Positions 24,422 through 33,852 of a DNA stretch of 64,000 nt are shown piece by piece (within the stretch, counting starts at the first letter, position 1; each line of letters begins with the position of its first letter). The position numbers and the translations under genes were made by a program. This stretch comes from Treponema sp. Lineage in GTDB: Bacteria; Spirochaetota; Spirochaetia; Treponematales; Breznakiellaceae. The DNA is taken from NCBI GenBank assembly GCA_009785545.1, contig WQWD01000001.1, positions 1,344 to 65,343 on the forward strand, in the 5' to 3' direction. The notes beneath the pieces were generated by a model. That model made no database searches. It was not told the DNA's origin and saw only the letters and a program-made list of their open reading frames with translations.

Positions 24422-24916
24422 TTAGTTTAACCTTGATAATAAATCACCAAATCGATCCGTAAAGCTATCAACCTCTGCTTGATAATTAAAAAATTGAATA
24501 GCTTGTGCTGACGTTAAAATACTGGTTGGGTTTTCCGGAACATTTAAATAATGGTATGCCCCCTTAGTAATTCTTACACCTTCATCGTCATATACGCCAT
24601 GCATCATCTCATGGAGCATTCTGGTTCGGATAGGGTGGCCTTTAACAACAGTAAACGTATTAATACCTATCTCGTAGAGTTGCTCTAAACGCTCTACTTC
24701 AATTTGTATACTTGCAATTATCCCTCCCCCGGATATTATTGCATCCACCTCTGCTCTCCATTCATTGCGATCTTGAGTACGAGCATTCCGCTGTGCATCA
24801 GTGAGTATCAGCAAATTCAGGGTTTCGATAAAATCAGAGTCGTTTTCAAAGCCGCAAGCAGCAAAAAACAAAATGACAATAAGCGGCAAGAAAAACCAAT
24901 TCAATTTTTTTCTCAT
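24422..24916 (-). CDS. Small helical lipoprotein, unknown function
   Basis: Lipobox FAA-C, AGGAG RBS, sits within the operon. Confidence 0.7.
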   Translation of the reverse strand: MRKKLNWFFLPLIVILFFAACGFENDSDFIETLNLLILTDAQRNARTQDRNEWRAEVDAIISGGGIIASIQIEVERLEQLYEIGINTFTVVKGHPIRTRMLHEMMHGVYDDEGVRITKGAYHYLNVPENPTSILTSAQAIQFFNYQAEVDSFTDRFGDLLSRLN

Positions 24917-24946
24917 AAATTATTTTCTCCTAAAAATATGTACATT

Positions 24947-24985
24947 TGAGGCTGCTCCAAAACTACAGTTTCTGGAACAACCTCA
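24947..24985 (-). repeat. REP-like palindrome (AAACT/AGTTT core family)
   Basis: TGAGGTTGTTCCAGAAACT-GT-AGTTTTGGAGCAGCCTCA. Similar to the elements at 43123 and 43197. Confidence 0.75.
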
Positions 24986-24995
24986 TTTATCCTAA

Positions 24996-27353
24996 TTAAT
25001 TTGTGTTTGGATGCCCAAACGCAGAATTTATTGCGTTTACAGAACCCAAATTTATCCCAAGATCGTCAGGCAAGGAAATGTATTCAAAATCAGGCGGTGT
25101 TACACCACTTCTCGGGTTTGCCAATGCTCTGGAATATATTCGAATATCCATAAATCGGGAATTCGCACCTACATTATTTGGTGCATGCAAAAAAGGTGCT
25201 CTGCCCAAGTAAGCATAGCGCAGTGGAGGTGTAACTGCATCGGCTGCACCAAAAATAGGATCGTCATGTATTCTGGAAAAATTGCCGCCACGGTTAGCGT
25301 GTGTTGCTTGACCTCCATTCCTCATAATTCCCACTGCAGAGCCGTGTTTTACTACAGTAAGATGATTCCATCTGTTAACACGGCCTCCGCCAATTCCGCC
25401 GCTGCCGCCAACACTTACAATACTAGCAGTCTGATCACCAGTGGCAGGGGTACTTCCGGCATTACGAGCTCTAAACCAGAGTGCAGGATTATGGAATTGC
25501 AGAGTTCCACGCCAGTTTGTAGTATTATCGTTTACACGGTCATTTGCAAAACCAAAAAAGGTACCAGCGTCAGTAGGGATATTGGCATAAAACATAATTG
25601 TCCACTCTTCTCCACGCATCAATGCCCCTACGTTTGGTCCAAGATCAACCCAGCTATTGGTATTAGGCAACCGGATAAATCGGTGACCGGCGGTTTCATC
25701 AGCAACAGCGTCACCCATTAATACTGCCTGATAAAAATCGCCGGAATGGGCAATATTTCTTAAAACACCGTCATCACCAACAACAAAATGTACATTAAGG
25801 AATTCGCTTGGCTCCGCCCCCTGGCGCATTACCCTTACGTCTCTGTCAGCAGCACCTACAAAGTTGCCGCCTTGGCTAAATGTTCCGGTTAAGATGGAAA
25901 TACCATGTTCAGTACCTACAGGGCGCGTTACAATACCTGCATCAGTAACAACAGCCTGATTGCTCGAAGTCCAAGTTATATCATAACTTCCAAAGGACAT
26001 TGGCAAGGTAATGTTTTGGGTAACAGTGCTTAAATCACCTAAAGAAAACAATGCATCTGCCACATCATCTGTGAATAAGCTGATAATTCTTGCAAGAAAC
26101 GGGTGAGTAGTTACTTCGACACTGTCGATTGATAAAGTAACGGTGAGGGTAACATCTTCACCGGTTACTTGAGGGCGATTGACTACACCTGCATTGCTAA
26201 GAATGGCAGTGTTGCTGGAAGACCAAGAAGCAGACACAACCCAATCTATTTCCGCAAATTCCACTGTCACTGAAGGCAACAGGGTTAAATTTTCCCTGAC
26301 TGCGCCAAGATTACCAAGGCTAACCCCCAAAATTCGAATAACTTCATCTGCGGCATGTAACCGCAGCGTTTGATTACTCAAAACAGTCACAGGAAATGGA
26401 ACTATCCTGTCAACACCGGCAGCAGTCAGAGTCGCATTAAGGGTAATTGCCGCATCACTAGCTTCCGGGCGGGTAACCACACCGGTATTGCTCAAAACAA
26501 CAGGGCTGGTAGATATCCATGTAACAGATACTTCTGTCACCGTGGGAGGCACAAGCGCACCGCCTGCCACATCCACCTGTAACGGCAAGGTTAGGTTCAA
26601 GGCAACGGCGGATAAATCCCCCATTGCCGCATTCAAACGTGACTCGGCAAGGTTCAGGATATTATTAGCTACACTTACATTATTTATAACTGTCATATTA
26701 ACAACACCCGGTCTTGCCCTCGTAACGCTGCCATAATTGACAGTCAGATCAAGGTTGACTGTCGTATCATTAGGCGGGAGAATGCCATTAACCAGCATGC
26801 CGTAATTGTCTATAACATCCTGCCTGCTGGAAACCCAAACCACCTCGAATAAATAACTCAAAGTGATCCCAAAAGGCAGTCGAATGTTATCAATTATGTT
26901 ATTCAGATCATAAGCAGCGAATACAGGCAAGAGGTATTCGTCGATAAAACTGTCGATATAGGCTCCCAACTGAGACTCTGTCGCCCAGTGCGCATAAGCG
27001 GTAAACTCGTATGACGCTAACATCATCCAGTCCCTTTCGGTTATCCTAATTGGGCTTAGTGGACCTGTATCTCCCAAGGGGGCTGGGGATGTAAAATAGC
27101 CGACAAAATGGAGATTATCTGGGTGGGTGGTTGGAATAGGGTAATCCCTGCCAATAAAACTCGGAACCCGAGATGTCCATGTTATCGAAGACTCACCTCC
27201 CTCAAATGTGCCGCCATTTGCACTAAATGTAATGGAGAAGCCCTCACCTGCCGCCGGATCATCTACTACCGGATCCGGACTCGGGCAACTTACAAGCCCA
27301 ATCATCATTGCAAGGGAAAAAAGTCCCAGCAATCCTAAAATTTTCTTTTTCAT
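24996..27353 (-). CDS. Lipoprotein: InlB-B-like repeat + 4 atrophied bacterial Ig repeats + LamG-like domain
   Basis: Lipobox LVS-CP. ITFSANGG..FVGYF..AYAHW. Repeated W.SS...V....GVV.RP units. LamG C-terminus is paralogous to 13887..15755. Confidence 0.8.
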   Translation of the reverse strand: MKKKILGLLGLFSLAMMIGLVSCPSPDPVVDDPAAGEGFSITFSANGGTFEGGESSITWTSRVPSFIGRDYPIPTTHPDNLHFVGYFTSPAPLGDTGPLSPIRITERDWMMLASYEFTAYAHWATESQLGAYIDSFIDEYLLPVFAAYDLNNIIDNIRLPFGITLSYLFEVVWVSSRQDVIDNYGMLVNGILPPNDTTVNLDLTVNYGSVTRARPGVVNMTVINNVSVANNILNLAESRLNAAMGDLSAVALNLTLPLQVDVAGGALVPPTVTEVSVTWISTSPVVLSNTGVVTRPEASDAAITLNATLTAAGVDRIVPFPVTVLSNQTLRLHAADEVIRILGVSLGNLGAVRENLTLLPSVTVEFAEIDWVVSASWSSSNTAILSNAGVVNRPQVTGEDVTLTVTLSIDSVEVTTHPFLARIISLFTDDVADALFSLGDLSTVTQNITLPMSFGSYDITWTSSNQAVVTDAGIVTRPVGTEHGISILTGTFSQGGNFVGAADRDVRVMRQGAEPSEFLNVHFVVGDDGVLRNIAHSGDFYQAVLMGDAVADETAGHRFIRLPNTNSWVDLGPNVGALMRGEEWTIMFYANIPTDAGTFFGFANDRVNDNTTNWRGTLQFHNPALWFRARNAGSTPATGDQTASIVSVGGSGGIGGGRVNRWNHLTVVKHGSAVGIMRNGGQATHANRGGNFSRIHDDPIFGAADAVTPPLRYAYLGRAPFLHAPNNVGANSRFMDIRIYSRALANPRSGVTPPDFEYISLPDDLGINLGSVNAINSAFGHPNTN

Positions 27354-27385
27354 ATCTTCCTCCTTAAAGAAAATATTTCTAAGGT

Positions 27386-28687
27386 TTATTCAACAACTAT
27401 GGTACATATCCAAAATTGTCCTGAGTCGCCTGTCCATTGTCGTAAAAACCAGAATGGCATAGACTCCAAACTTACCGGTCCCGCAGTGCTAGTACCGCTC
27501 GGATTGTTCAATTCGAATACGAATTCTTGCCATTCATTTGCCGTTTCCCAAGGACCTATAGTATATATGCTATAAATCCATGTCCCGGGAACTGGCTGTG
27601 CTTCCATAACAAAATCAACTGTTAGCGGGGCGTAAGCACTTCTTGCCCAGATTCTTACAACAGTGAATTCGGAAAGATCAAGCGGCGGATTATAAGGGGC
27701 TCTCATCACCCGCCAGCCATAACCGCCCGGGTAATTAATTTGCAACGCTCCAGGTCTGCCATGGCGTATAATTGCAGGATCGGTTACTCTTGATGTACTC
27801 GTATTTCCCCAAAACGAAAAAGCGGCTATAGGCATCTCCTCGAAGTTCCAAAGTACAAATCTGTCGCCTGCCTGACCTTCTTCCAAAATAGCAGTTACAG
27901 TAACATCACTAGCAGGCATGGTAAAAGTCCATGTGGAGTCGCTGCCGCTAGCTTCTACTGTGCCGCCTTCGACAAGTGTTACTGTAACTGCTTGCACCCT
28001 ATAACCTGAATTCGGCGTTACTGTCAGGCTTACTAAGTCCGTTTCATGAGCAGTTTCCGGAGCAGTAATACTGCCGTTTTCAGGCTGCACAATTGTAATA
28101 TTACGCAGAGGCGGGAGAAGCTCGAATGCTGCCGTCACAGTAACATCACGGTTGGGCATGGTGAAGGTTCTTGTATTGCCGTCACCGCTGAGCATTATTG
28201 CACCACTTACTGATGCCGCAATGATGTTTGCCAGCCTATAACCAATCTCCGGCGTTATTGTCAGCGTTACTTGTTCATTCTCTAGCGCAATAGTAGGGGC
28301 TGCGGTGACAATCCCACCTGTAACAGCCTGGATGTTGATGTTAAATCTTGAAATTTGCACAAATACTGCTGTAACGATAACATTCACATTGGGCATGGTG
28401 AAAGTTCTTGTATTACCGTCACCACTGAGCGTTACCACGCCGCTTGTAGTTGTTGCTGAAATGCTTTCCAGAAAATGGTCTGAAGCCGGAATTATCGTTA
28501 ATGTTATCGTTGCTCCAGGCATAGCTCTGGGAGGAGCTTCAACAGTACCGCTGTTCGCATTAATAGTGATACTAAAATCAATTCCAAAATTTTCGCTATT
28601 TTCTGGCACTTCAGAACCACAAGCAATGAAGAAGGTTGCAATTGTGAACAAAGCAAAAACAACTCCAACTAATATCTGCTTTTTCAT
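27386..28687 (-). CDS. Lipoprotein: 3 divergent InlB-B repeats + C-terminal CBM-like jelly-roll
   Basis: Lipobox FIA-C. Three ~79-aa units V.LT.TP..GYR...TFTMP..DVTVTA. C-terminal LWNFE..ALQINY..DLSEFT..RIWAR..WQEF (CBM11-like). Confidence 0.75.
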   Translation of the reverse strand: MKKQILVGVVFALFTIATFFIACGSEVPENSENFGIDFSITINANSGTVEAPPRAMPGATITLTIIPASDHFLESISATTTSGVVTLSGDGNTRTFTMPNVNVIVTAVFVQISRFNINIQAVTGGIVTAAPTIALENEQVTLTITPEIGYRLANIIAASVSGAIMLSGDGNTRTFTMPNRDVTVTAAFELLPPLRNITIVQPENGSITAPETAHETDLVSLTVTPNSGYRVQAVTVTLVEGGTVEASGSDSTWTFTMPASDVTVTAILEEGQAGDRFVLWNFEEMPIAAFSFWGNTSTSRVTDPAIIRHGRPGALQINYPGGYGWRVMRAPYNPPLDLSEFTVVRIWARSAYAPLTVDFVMEAQPVPGTWIYSIYTIGPWETANEWQEFVFELNNPSGTSTAGPVSLESMPFWFLRQWTGDSGQFWICTIVVE

Positions 28688-28752
28688 TTTTTCTCCTAAG
28701 CTTTTTTAATTAAGAACGAAACACTTAATTGTAACCCCCAAATTTAAAATCG

Positions 28753-28778
28753 AAAAAGTGACAAAAGTACTTTTTTTT
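28753..28778 (-). promoter_or_regulatory. Locus operator, copy 2
   Basis: AAAAAAAAGTACTTTTGTCACTTTTT on the coding strand, about 74 nt before the 28687 start. Confidence 0.8.
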
Positions 28779-28829
28779 AAATATTTTGCTTTAGCTCTGT
28801 CTTTTTCTCACGAGTAAAATCTTTTCCAT

Positions 28830-28880
28830 AAAAATAGTACTTTTGTAATATTTACTTATTTAATTTCAAGCATTTACACT
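28830..28880 (+). promoter_or_regulatory. Locus operator, copy 3, with adjacent sigma70-like promoter
   Basis: AAAAATAGTACTTTTGTAA followed by TTTACT-18nt-TACACT. About 77 nt before ATG 28923. Confidence 0.8.
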
Positions 28881-28922
28881 GATCTTATCAGAGTTTTAAT
28901 TTATTTAATTTTGGAGGAGAGT

Positions 28923-31900
28923 ATGAGAAAAAAATTAGTTTTAGGATGGGTAGTTACAGCATTACTGTTGGTTTTTGCGTTTACGGCCTGCCCTAACGGC
29001 GGTGATGACCCAATAGTTATCAGAGACGCAGCGTCACCGCAAATTCTAGGTCAGCCGGCAAGCAGGCTGTACTTTACAGGACAAACGGCAGTGCCGATGA
29101 GAGTAATTGCCGTTTCGCCTGACAACGGGGTTCTCGAATACCAATGGTATCGAGCAGACTCTGCAACTGGTGTAGGAACGAGGATTGAAAGCGCAACAGC
29201 GGATTCTTTCACACCTACAATACCTACAGCAATAACAGATGAGGTAGTAAGCTGGTATTATGTTGTCGTTACAAACAGAAATACCGCAGCAAACGGTATC
29301 CAAACGGCTTCTCTGACAAGTAACAGGGCGGAAATCCGAGTAGTGGAAGCACCGCCTGGGTTACCTCTAACCTTTGCAGTAAACGCTGCCGGGAATGCTT
29401 TTGTAGGAACTTTCTACACCGGAGAAACCGTGCCAGCAACACTTGGACCAAGAGCCGAAATTGTTGAAGGTATGCAATTGAACAACATTACACCCATAGG
29501 CCGAGTGGTAAACACTGGCGGGACAAACAGCGGTTTTATAGCTCTCGGCAATGCAGTGGGAGATATTCTGAACAGACTCGAAACTTGGACAATGGAAACA
29601 ATCGTTTTTGTTCCAGCAAATTACGGCTTTGTAGGCGGAGGTCACCACATTTTAGGATTTGCCGAAGTTGACAACCTCTCGCAAACAGTCCAGACAGGTC
29701 CAACAATGTGGCTCAGAGGGGACAATCTAAGCCTGAACGTCCGTACTCAAGGCTGGAGCGGAAACGAAGCCACAACAGGTGAAGTAGATGACAATATTCC
29801 TGATGTCAGAGGAGCATGGAGGCACATTGTAATTACCCAGGGAGCCAATTTGTTCAGAGTTTATATGGACGGCAATTTGGTCAGCCAGGCAGCACACACC
29901 GGGCTTACAACAACAAATCTACCCATTTTTGAGTACGGCTATCTTGGACGCTCTATTTTCCACGCTAACGATGACAGCACGCTGAGAAACACCTTGTTCC
30001 GCAGTTTTAGCATTGACGAGGGTGAAATGACACCAGCATTGATGACTGCTCGAGCTGCCGAAATTGACCAATTGCTCCATGATTTGAACGGAGCGGCATT
30101 TATCTTTGCAGTTGCACAAGATATACAGCTTCAGGAAGGTTCGGAATATGTAGATGCAGGAGCCACAATCGGAAGCTTTGTTGCTACTCACGGAAGAGCT
30201 CCTTTTACTTATACGTTTGTAGCCGGCATCGGAGATACGCATAACAGCTACTTCACAATCGCAGCAGGAAATGAATTAAGAGTTGGAAGTACAGCTCTTG
30301 ACGGAGGCGACCATAGAATACGAGTCAGAGTTACAGACGGCGAAGGAGCTACATACGAAAGAGCCGTTACAATCCGCATTATTGAAGAAATCGATCCTAA
30401 CACCGGCATAAGACTATGGTTTACTTTTGACAACCCAAGCGGTAACACCGTTTTTGACAGAACGTTTAATCACACCGGAACCCTTCACGGAGACGCAACT
30501 GTTATTGATATGGCTGGGCACAGTGTTCTGGCTCTTGGCTCCGGGCAACCGTGGTTTGATTTAGGCGCAGATGCCGGTTCCATCATAGCCGGACCGGATG
30601 TTACAGCATTCACTATTTCTGCATATATATTTGTTGGTGATGGCCCCTCTCTGGAAGGCGGAGATGCCGCAGGGTTCCAGCCTTGGTCATTTACCAGAAC
30701 GGGATCTATCGATGGCTCTGGTAATCAGGGAGTTATATATCAGATAAGAACTGGCAGCCAGGAAATTAACCATGTTACCGGAAACCAAGCCAGAAACTGG
30801 ACTCACTCAGGCACAGGGTGGAATAGAAATCAATGGGTTCACATGGTATACACCCATGTGAACGGCGGAGGAAACGCAAACAGTACCGGCACAATATTTA
30901 TTAACGGTACTCAATTAGTCCAAAACACCGGTACATTCCGAACTAACAGAACGGATGCCGGCACTATGGGTGATCTAGTCTATAACTTCCTTGGAAGACC
31001 TTCTCGCGGAACGACCGGATACATGACCAACACTAGGTATGCAGATTTCCGTGTTTACAATCGTGCACTGACTCCGGTAGAGGTTGCCGACCTTTCAACA
31101 GAACTTCATGACAGGTTTGCTTATCTAAGATTAGCTTCAGTCATAGAAGTGGTGGCGAACAGCCCGTTAGTAAGCTCTTTTAACGGCGTAATAAGAAGAA
31201 CTATCCCACTACCTACAAGCCAGAGCGGCGTAAACATAACATGGGTTTCCAGTAACCCTGCTGTTGTAACAAATGACGGTGTTGTTACCCCTCCCGCTAG
31301 CGGAGAACTGGAGAGCATTCTTACCCTAACAGCGACATTCTCAATTGGAGTACATTCCACCAGCGTAGAATTTGAAGTGATTGTATTACCGGAAGCCGAT
31401 GTTGCCGGAATCATTACTAACGAATTAATATACCACCTTACAATAGACACATTTATGGAAGGTGAAGAGGGAGAAGAAATCGCAGTAGAGAGGTTAAATA
31501 CAAGAGTTGGAAGGACAGTCCAAGGATCCAATTCAGTGACATTCCAAAACGGGGTTGACGGAGGCAGAGCGGCAGTATTTAACAATAATACAAACAGATT
31601 CCTTACTGTAACAAATGAAGACGAATCTCCGTTGCTTGCTGGCGTTGAAGAATTTTCTGTTGCATTCTGGACCAGAAGCGATCATGCACGTGCTTCATGG
31701 AAATTTTTTGCTGCAAGAGATAACCTCCAAATGGGTCCGCCTGAGTTCTATTTAGGCGACAGAATTCAAAACAATCAGTTCCATGCTGAGAGATTCTACA
31801 ATGGCAGAGCCACACCCGCATCTGCCACTCTTGGTTCAGGCGCTGGCACTGTAGCACTTGGCGTATGGAATCATGTTGCTGTTGTACATGGTACAGATTT

Positions 31901-32117
31901 TGTCGAAATGTATTTTAACGGAACACTTGTTTCAAGAGCTAATGTAACTCAACCCGTTTCCGCCATATTAGGAGAAACACCTGTCTTATTCATTGGCAGG
32001 GCAACTTGGGGCGCTAATGGGGAAGTGGCTACAGGAGCTATTCAGGACTACAGGATTTACCGTGGAACGTTAAACGCAGAGCAAATCAGAGCTTTATATT
32101 CATCCAGGGCTCAATAA
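28923..32117 (+). CDS. Large lipoprotein: Ig + 3 LamG/concanavalin-like domains + cadherin-like + atrophied Ig (putative multivalent glycan binder)
   Basis: ATG 28923 follows GGAGGAG. Lipobox FTA-CP. Three W.H....Y.NG/DG...LGR units. No catalytic GH motif seen. Confidence 0.8.
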   Translation: MRKKLVLGWVVTALLLVFAFTACPNGGDDPIVIRDAASPQILGQPASRLYFTGQTAVPMRVIAVSPDNGVLEYQWYRADSATGVGTRIESATADSFTPTIPTAITDEVVSWYYVVVTNRNTAANGIQTASLTSNRAEIRVVEAPPGLPLTFAVNAAGNAFVGTFYTGETVPATLGPRAEIVEGMQLNNITPIGRVVNTGGTNSGFIALGNAVGDILNRLETWTMETIVFVPANYGFVGGGHHILGFAEVDNLSQTVQTGPTMWLRGDNLSLNVRTQGWSGNEATTGEVDDNIPDVRGAWRHIVITQGANLFRVYMDGNLVSQAAHTGLTTTNLPIFEYGYLGRSIFHANDDSTLRNTLFRSFSIDEGEMTPALMTARAAEIDQLLHDLNGAAFIFAVAQDIQLQEGSEYVDAGATIGSFVATHGRAPFTYTFVAGIGDTHNSYFTIAAGNELRVGSTALDGGDHRIRVRVTDGEGATYERAVTIRIIEEIDPNTGIRLWFTFDNPSGNTVFDRTFNHTGTLHGDATVIDMAGHSVLALGSGQPWFDLGADAGSIIAGPDVTAFTISAYIFVGDGPSLEGGDAAGFQPWSFTRTGSIDGSGNQGVIYQIRTGSQEINHVTGNQARNWTHSGTGWNRNQWVHMVYTHVNGGGNANSTGTIFINGTQLVQNTGTFRTNRTDAGTMGDLVYNFLGRPSRGTTGYMTNTRYADFRVYNRALTPVEVADLSTELHDRFAYLRLASVIEVVANSPLVSSFNGVIRRTIPLPTSQSGVNITWVSSNPAVVTNDGVVTPPASGELESILTLTATFSIGVHSTSVEFEVIVLPEADVAGIITNELIYHLTIDTFMEGEEGEEIAVERLNTRVGRTVQGSNSVTFQNGVDGGRAAVFNNNTNRFLTVTNEDESPLLAGVEEFSVAFWTRSDHARASWKFFAARDNLQMGPPEFYLGDRIQNNQFHAERFYNGRATPASATLGSGAGTVALGVWNHVAVVHGTDFVEMYFNGTLVSRANVTQPVSAILGETPVLFIGRATWGANGEVATGAIQDYRIYRGTLNAEQIRALYSSRAQ

Positions 32118-32124
32118 CAACAAC

Positions 32125-32174
32125 ACCCCCGCTCTTAACCGGGCGGGGGTTATCCATGGCTTTTGCCGTGGGAT
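32125..32174 (+). promoter_or_regulatory. Two tandem stem-loops upstream of barrel gene 2
   Basis: ACCCCCGCTC-TTAACC-GGGCGGGGGT and ATCCATGGC-TTTT-GCCGTGGGAT, with G-U pairs on the plus strand. No long U-tract. Confidence 0.7.
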
Positions 32175-32201
32175 TATTAAAAATCAATAAGGAAAAAATA
32201 A

Positions 32202-33842
32202 ATGAAGAAAATTACAGCGCTAACATTTGTTCTACTGTTTCTTTGCGGAACTGTTCTTTCTGCTCAGGATGATTGGACACCAATTCAGTTTCAGGCGTAC
32301 GGTCAGGCGATATGGGCCCCCCTTGTGTTCCGGGCTCAAGGCGACTTGAGAGATCCTTCCGCCACCGATTACCAAGAAGGTCCCGGCTTTGGTGTCGCAG
32401 GCGGTCCCGGCTGGGAAAACAATATTAATGCCGCAGTAGGTTTGCGAGTATTCGGAAATGATCGAAGCGGCAATATCGGATTCGATTTTGCCATAAGAGC
32501 TATACCCGTAATATATGGCTCGGATGCTGGAAGTTTCAATATCAGGCTTACCGATAATACCGCCTTTCTCTGGGCACGTCCTTTCGGGAATGATATACTC
32601 AGAATGCAGTTTGGAGCTTACAAATGGGACAATTTGGCGGGGCAGGTAGGCTGGCTTAGCGGTTTTGGCGGTTTCGGCGGAGGTTACGATGATATTTTTC
32701 AGTCTGTAGAATCCGACATTTTTGGGGCATTGTTTGTTCTTCGTCCGCCGCATACGGTTCCTAACGAGCTTAGAGGTCTTACACTATTCGGCTCTTTCGG
32801 TGTATCCGGCGGTCTTGACGGACTTAACCCAGAAAATCAGACTGTGGAAAGATTTTTTGCAGCACGTACCCGTAACGCACTTAGAAATGTTTTTTCCACA
32901 GCTCATGCCGGTATCGCTTATGAACTGCCAGACCTCGCTCTTTTGAGGTTTCAATTTATCGGCGGTCGTTATATTTGGGGAAGGGGCGAAGACTGGAACG
33001 ACAGGCAGATGTTTTGGCCATGGTACGGCACCACAACTGTTGTGCCCTCTTACTGGTTTCCCAGCCGCTCACAAGAAGCCACACAGCTTGAATTTGCAGC
33101 GAATATCACTGCCGTTCCAAACCTTAACCTAGATATCGGCTTTGGTTATTCCATGCCGGTTACTGTTGTTATGGGTGATGACGGCTCAACCGTTCGTAAT
33201 ATTGGTCCTATGTGGGGAGAGAGAGGACACCGTGCATTTTTGACTCAATCAATGGTCCCAAATGATACCGTTATTGCAAACAGTGTAGGTGATGTATGGC
33301 AGCCGCCGATGCGGATAAGCGCAGGTCTTGACTATAGGTTTGATAATATGAACCTAGGTTTCCGTTTCCGTACTTTAGTGGAATTCGGTGAGACAGTTTC
33401 TTTTTACAGCGGTGCTGACGACTACGTAGCAGGTCTAAGATTTGATGTTGGAATTGAGCCTTGGTTTGACATCCCCTGGTTAGGCACACTCTCGTTAGGA
33501 GCTGCATTATCAGTCAGGCAAAATGACAGTTTTAACGGGAGAGGAGGAGTATGGACAGGTCAATTAACAGAATATAAAATAATTCACAGCGTAAACCATA
33601 ACGGCAGAATTGATCTTGGGTTTAGCGCATTTCTTACAAGAACTTTTACACCGGGAAATCTTATCAGGGTAGGAGTTATGGCTAACCTGCCAATCGGCGG
33701 TGATCGATTCAACTGGTACAGCGACAATCTTACCGGTTTGGGTCCGGCAGATGTTCCCTTTTTCTCAAGAGAAAGAGCGGAAGCATTTAGAAAAGGGAAT
33801 ATCATTATAGCAGTTCCCATAATAATAGAACTAAATCTTTAG
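32202..33842 (+). CDS. Predicted outer-membrane beta-barrel protein (more divergent paralogue 2)
   Basis: SPI signal (VLSA-QD). LWARPFGNDILRMQFG, amphipathic strands such as LNLDIGFGYS and LGFRFRTLVEF. C-terminus IAVPIIIELNL. Confidence 0.7.
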   Translation: MKKITALTFVLLFLCGTVLSAQDDWTPIQFQAYGQAIWAPLVFRAQGDLRDPSATDYQEGPGFGVAGGPGWENNINAAVGLRVFGNDRSGNIGFDFAIRAIPVIYGSDAGSFNIRLTDNTAFLWARPFGNDILRMQFGAYKWDNLAGQVGWLSGFGGFGGGYDDIFQSVESDIFGALFVLRPPHTVPNELRGLTLFGSFGVSGGLDGLNPENQTVERFFAARTRNALRNVFSTAHAGIAYELPDLALLRFQFIGGRYIWGRGEDWNDRQMFWPWYGTTTVVPSYWFPSRSQEATQLEFAANITAVPNLNLDIGFGYSMPVTVVMGDDGSTVRNIGPMWGERGHRAFLTQSMVPNDTVIANSVGDVWQPPMRISAGLDYRFDNMNLGFRFRTLVEFGETVSFYSGADDYVAGLRFDVGIEPWFDIPWLGTLSLGAALSVRQNDSFNGRGGVWTGQLTEYKIIHSVNHNGRIDLGFSAFLTRTFTPGNLIRVGVMANLPIGGDRFNWYSDNLTGLGPADVPFFSRERAEAFRKGNIIIAVPIIIELNL

Positions 33843-33852
33843 GAGGATGAAA

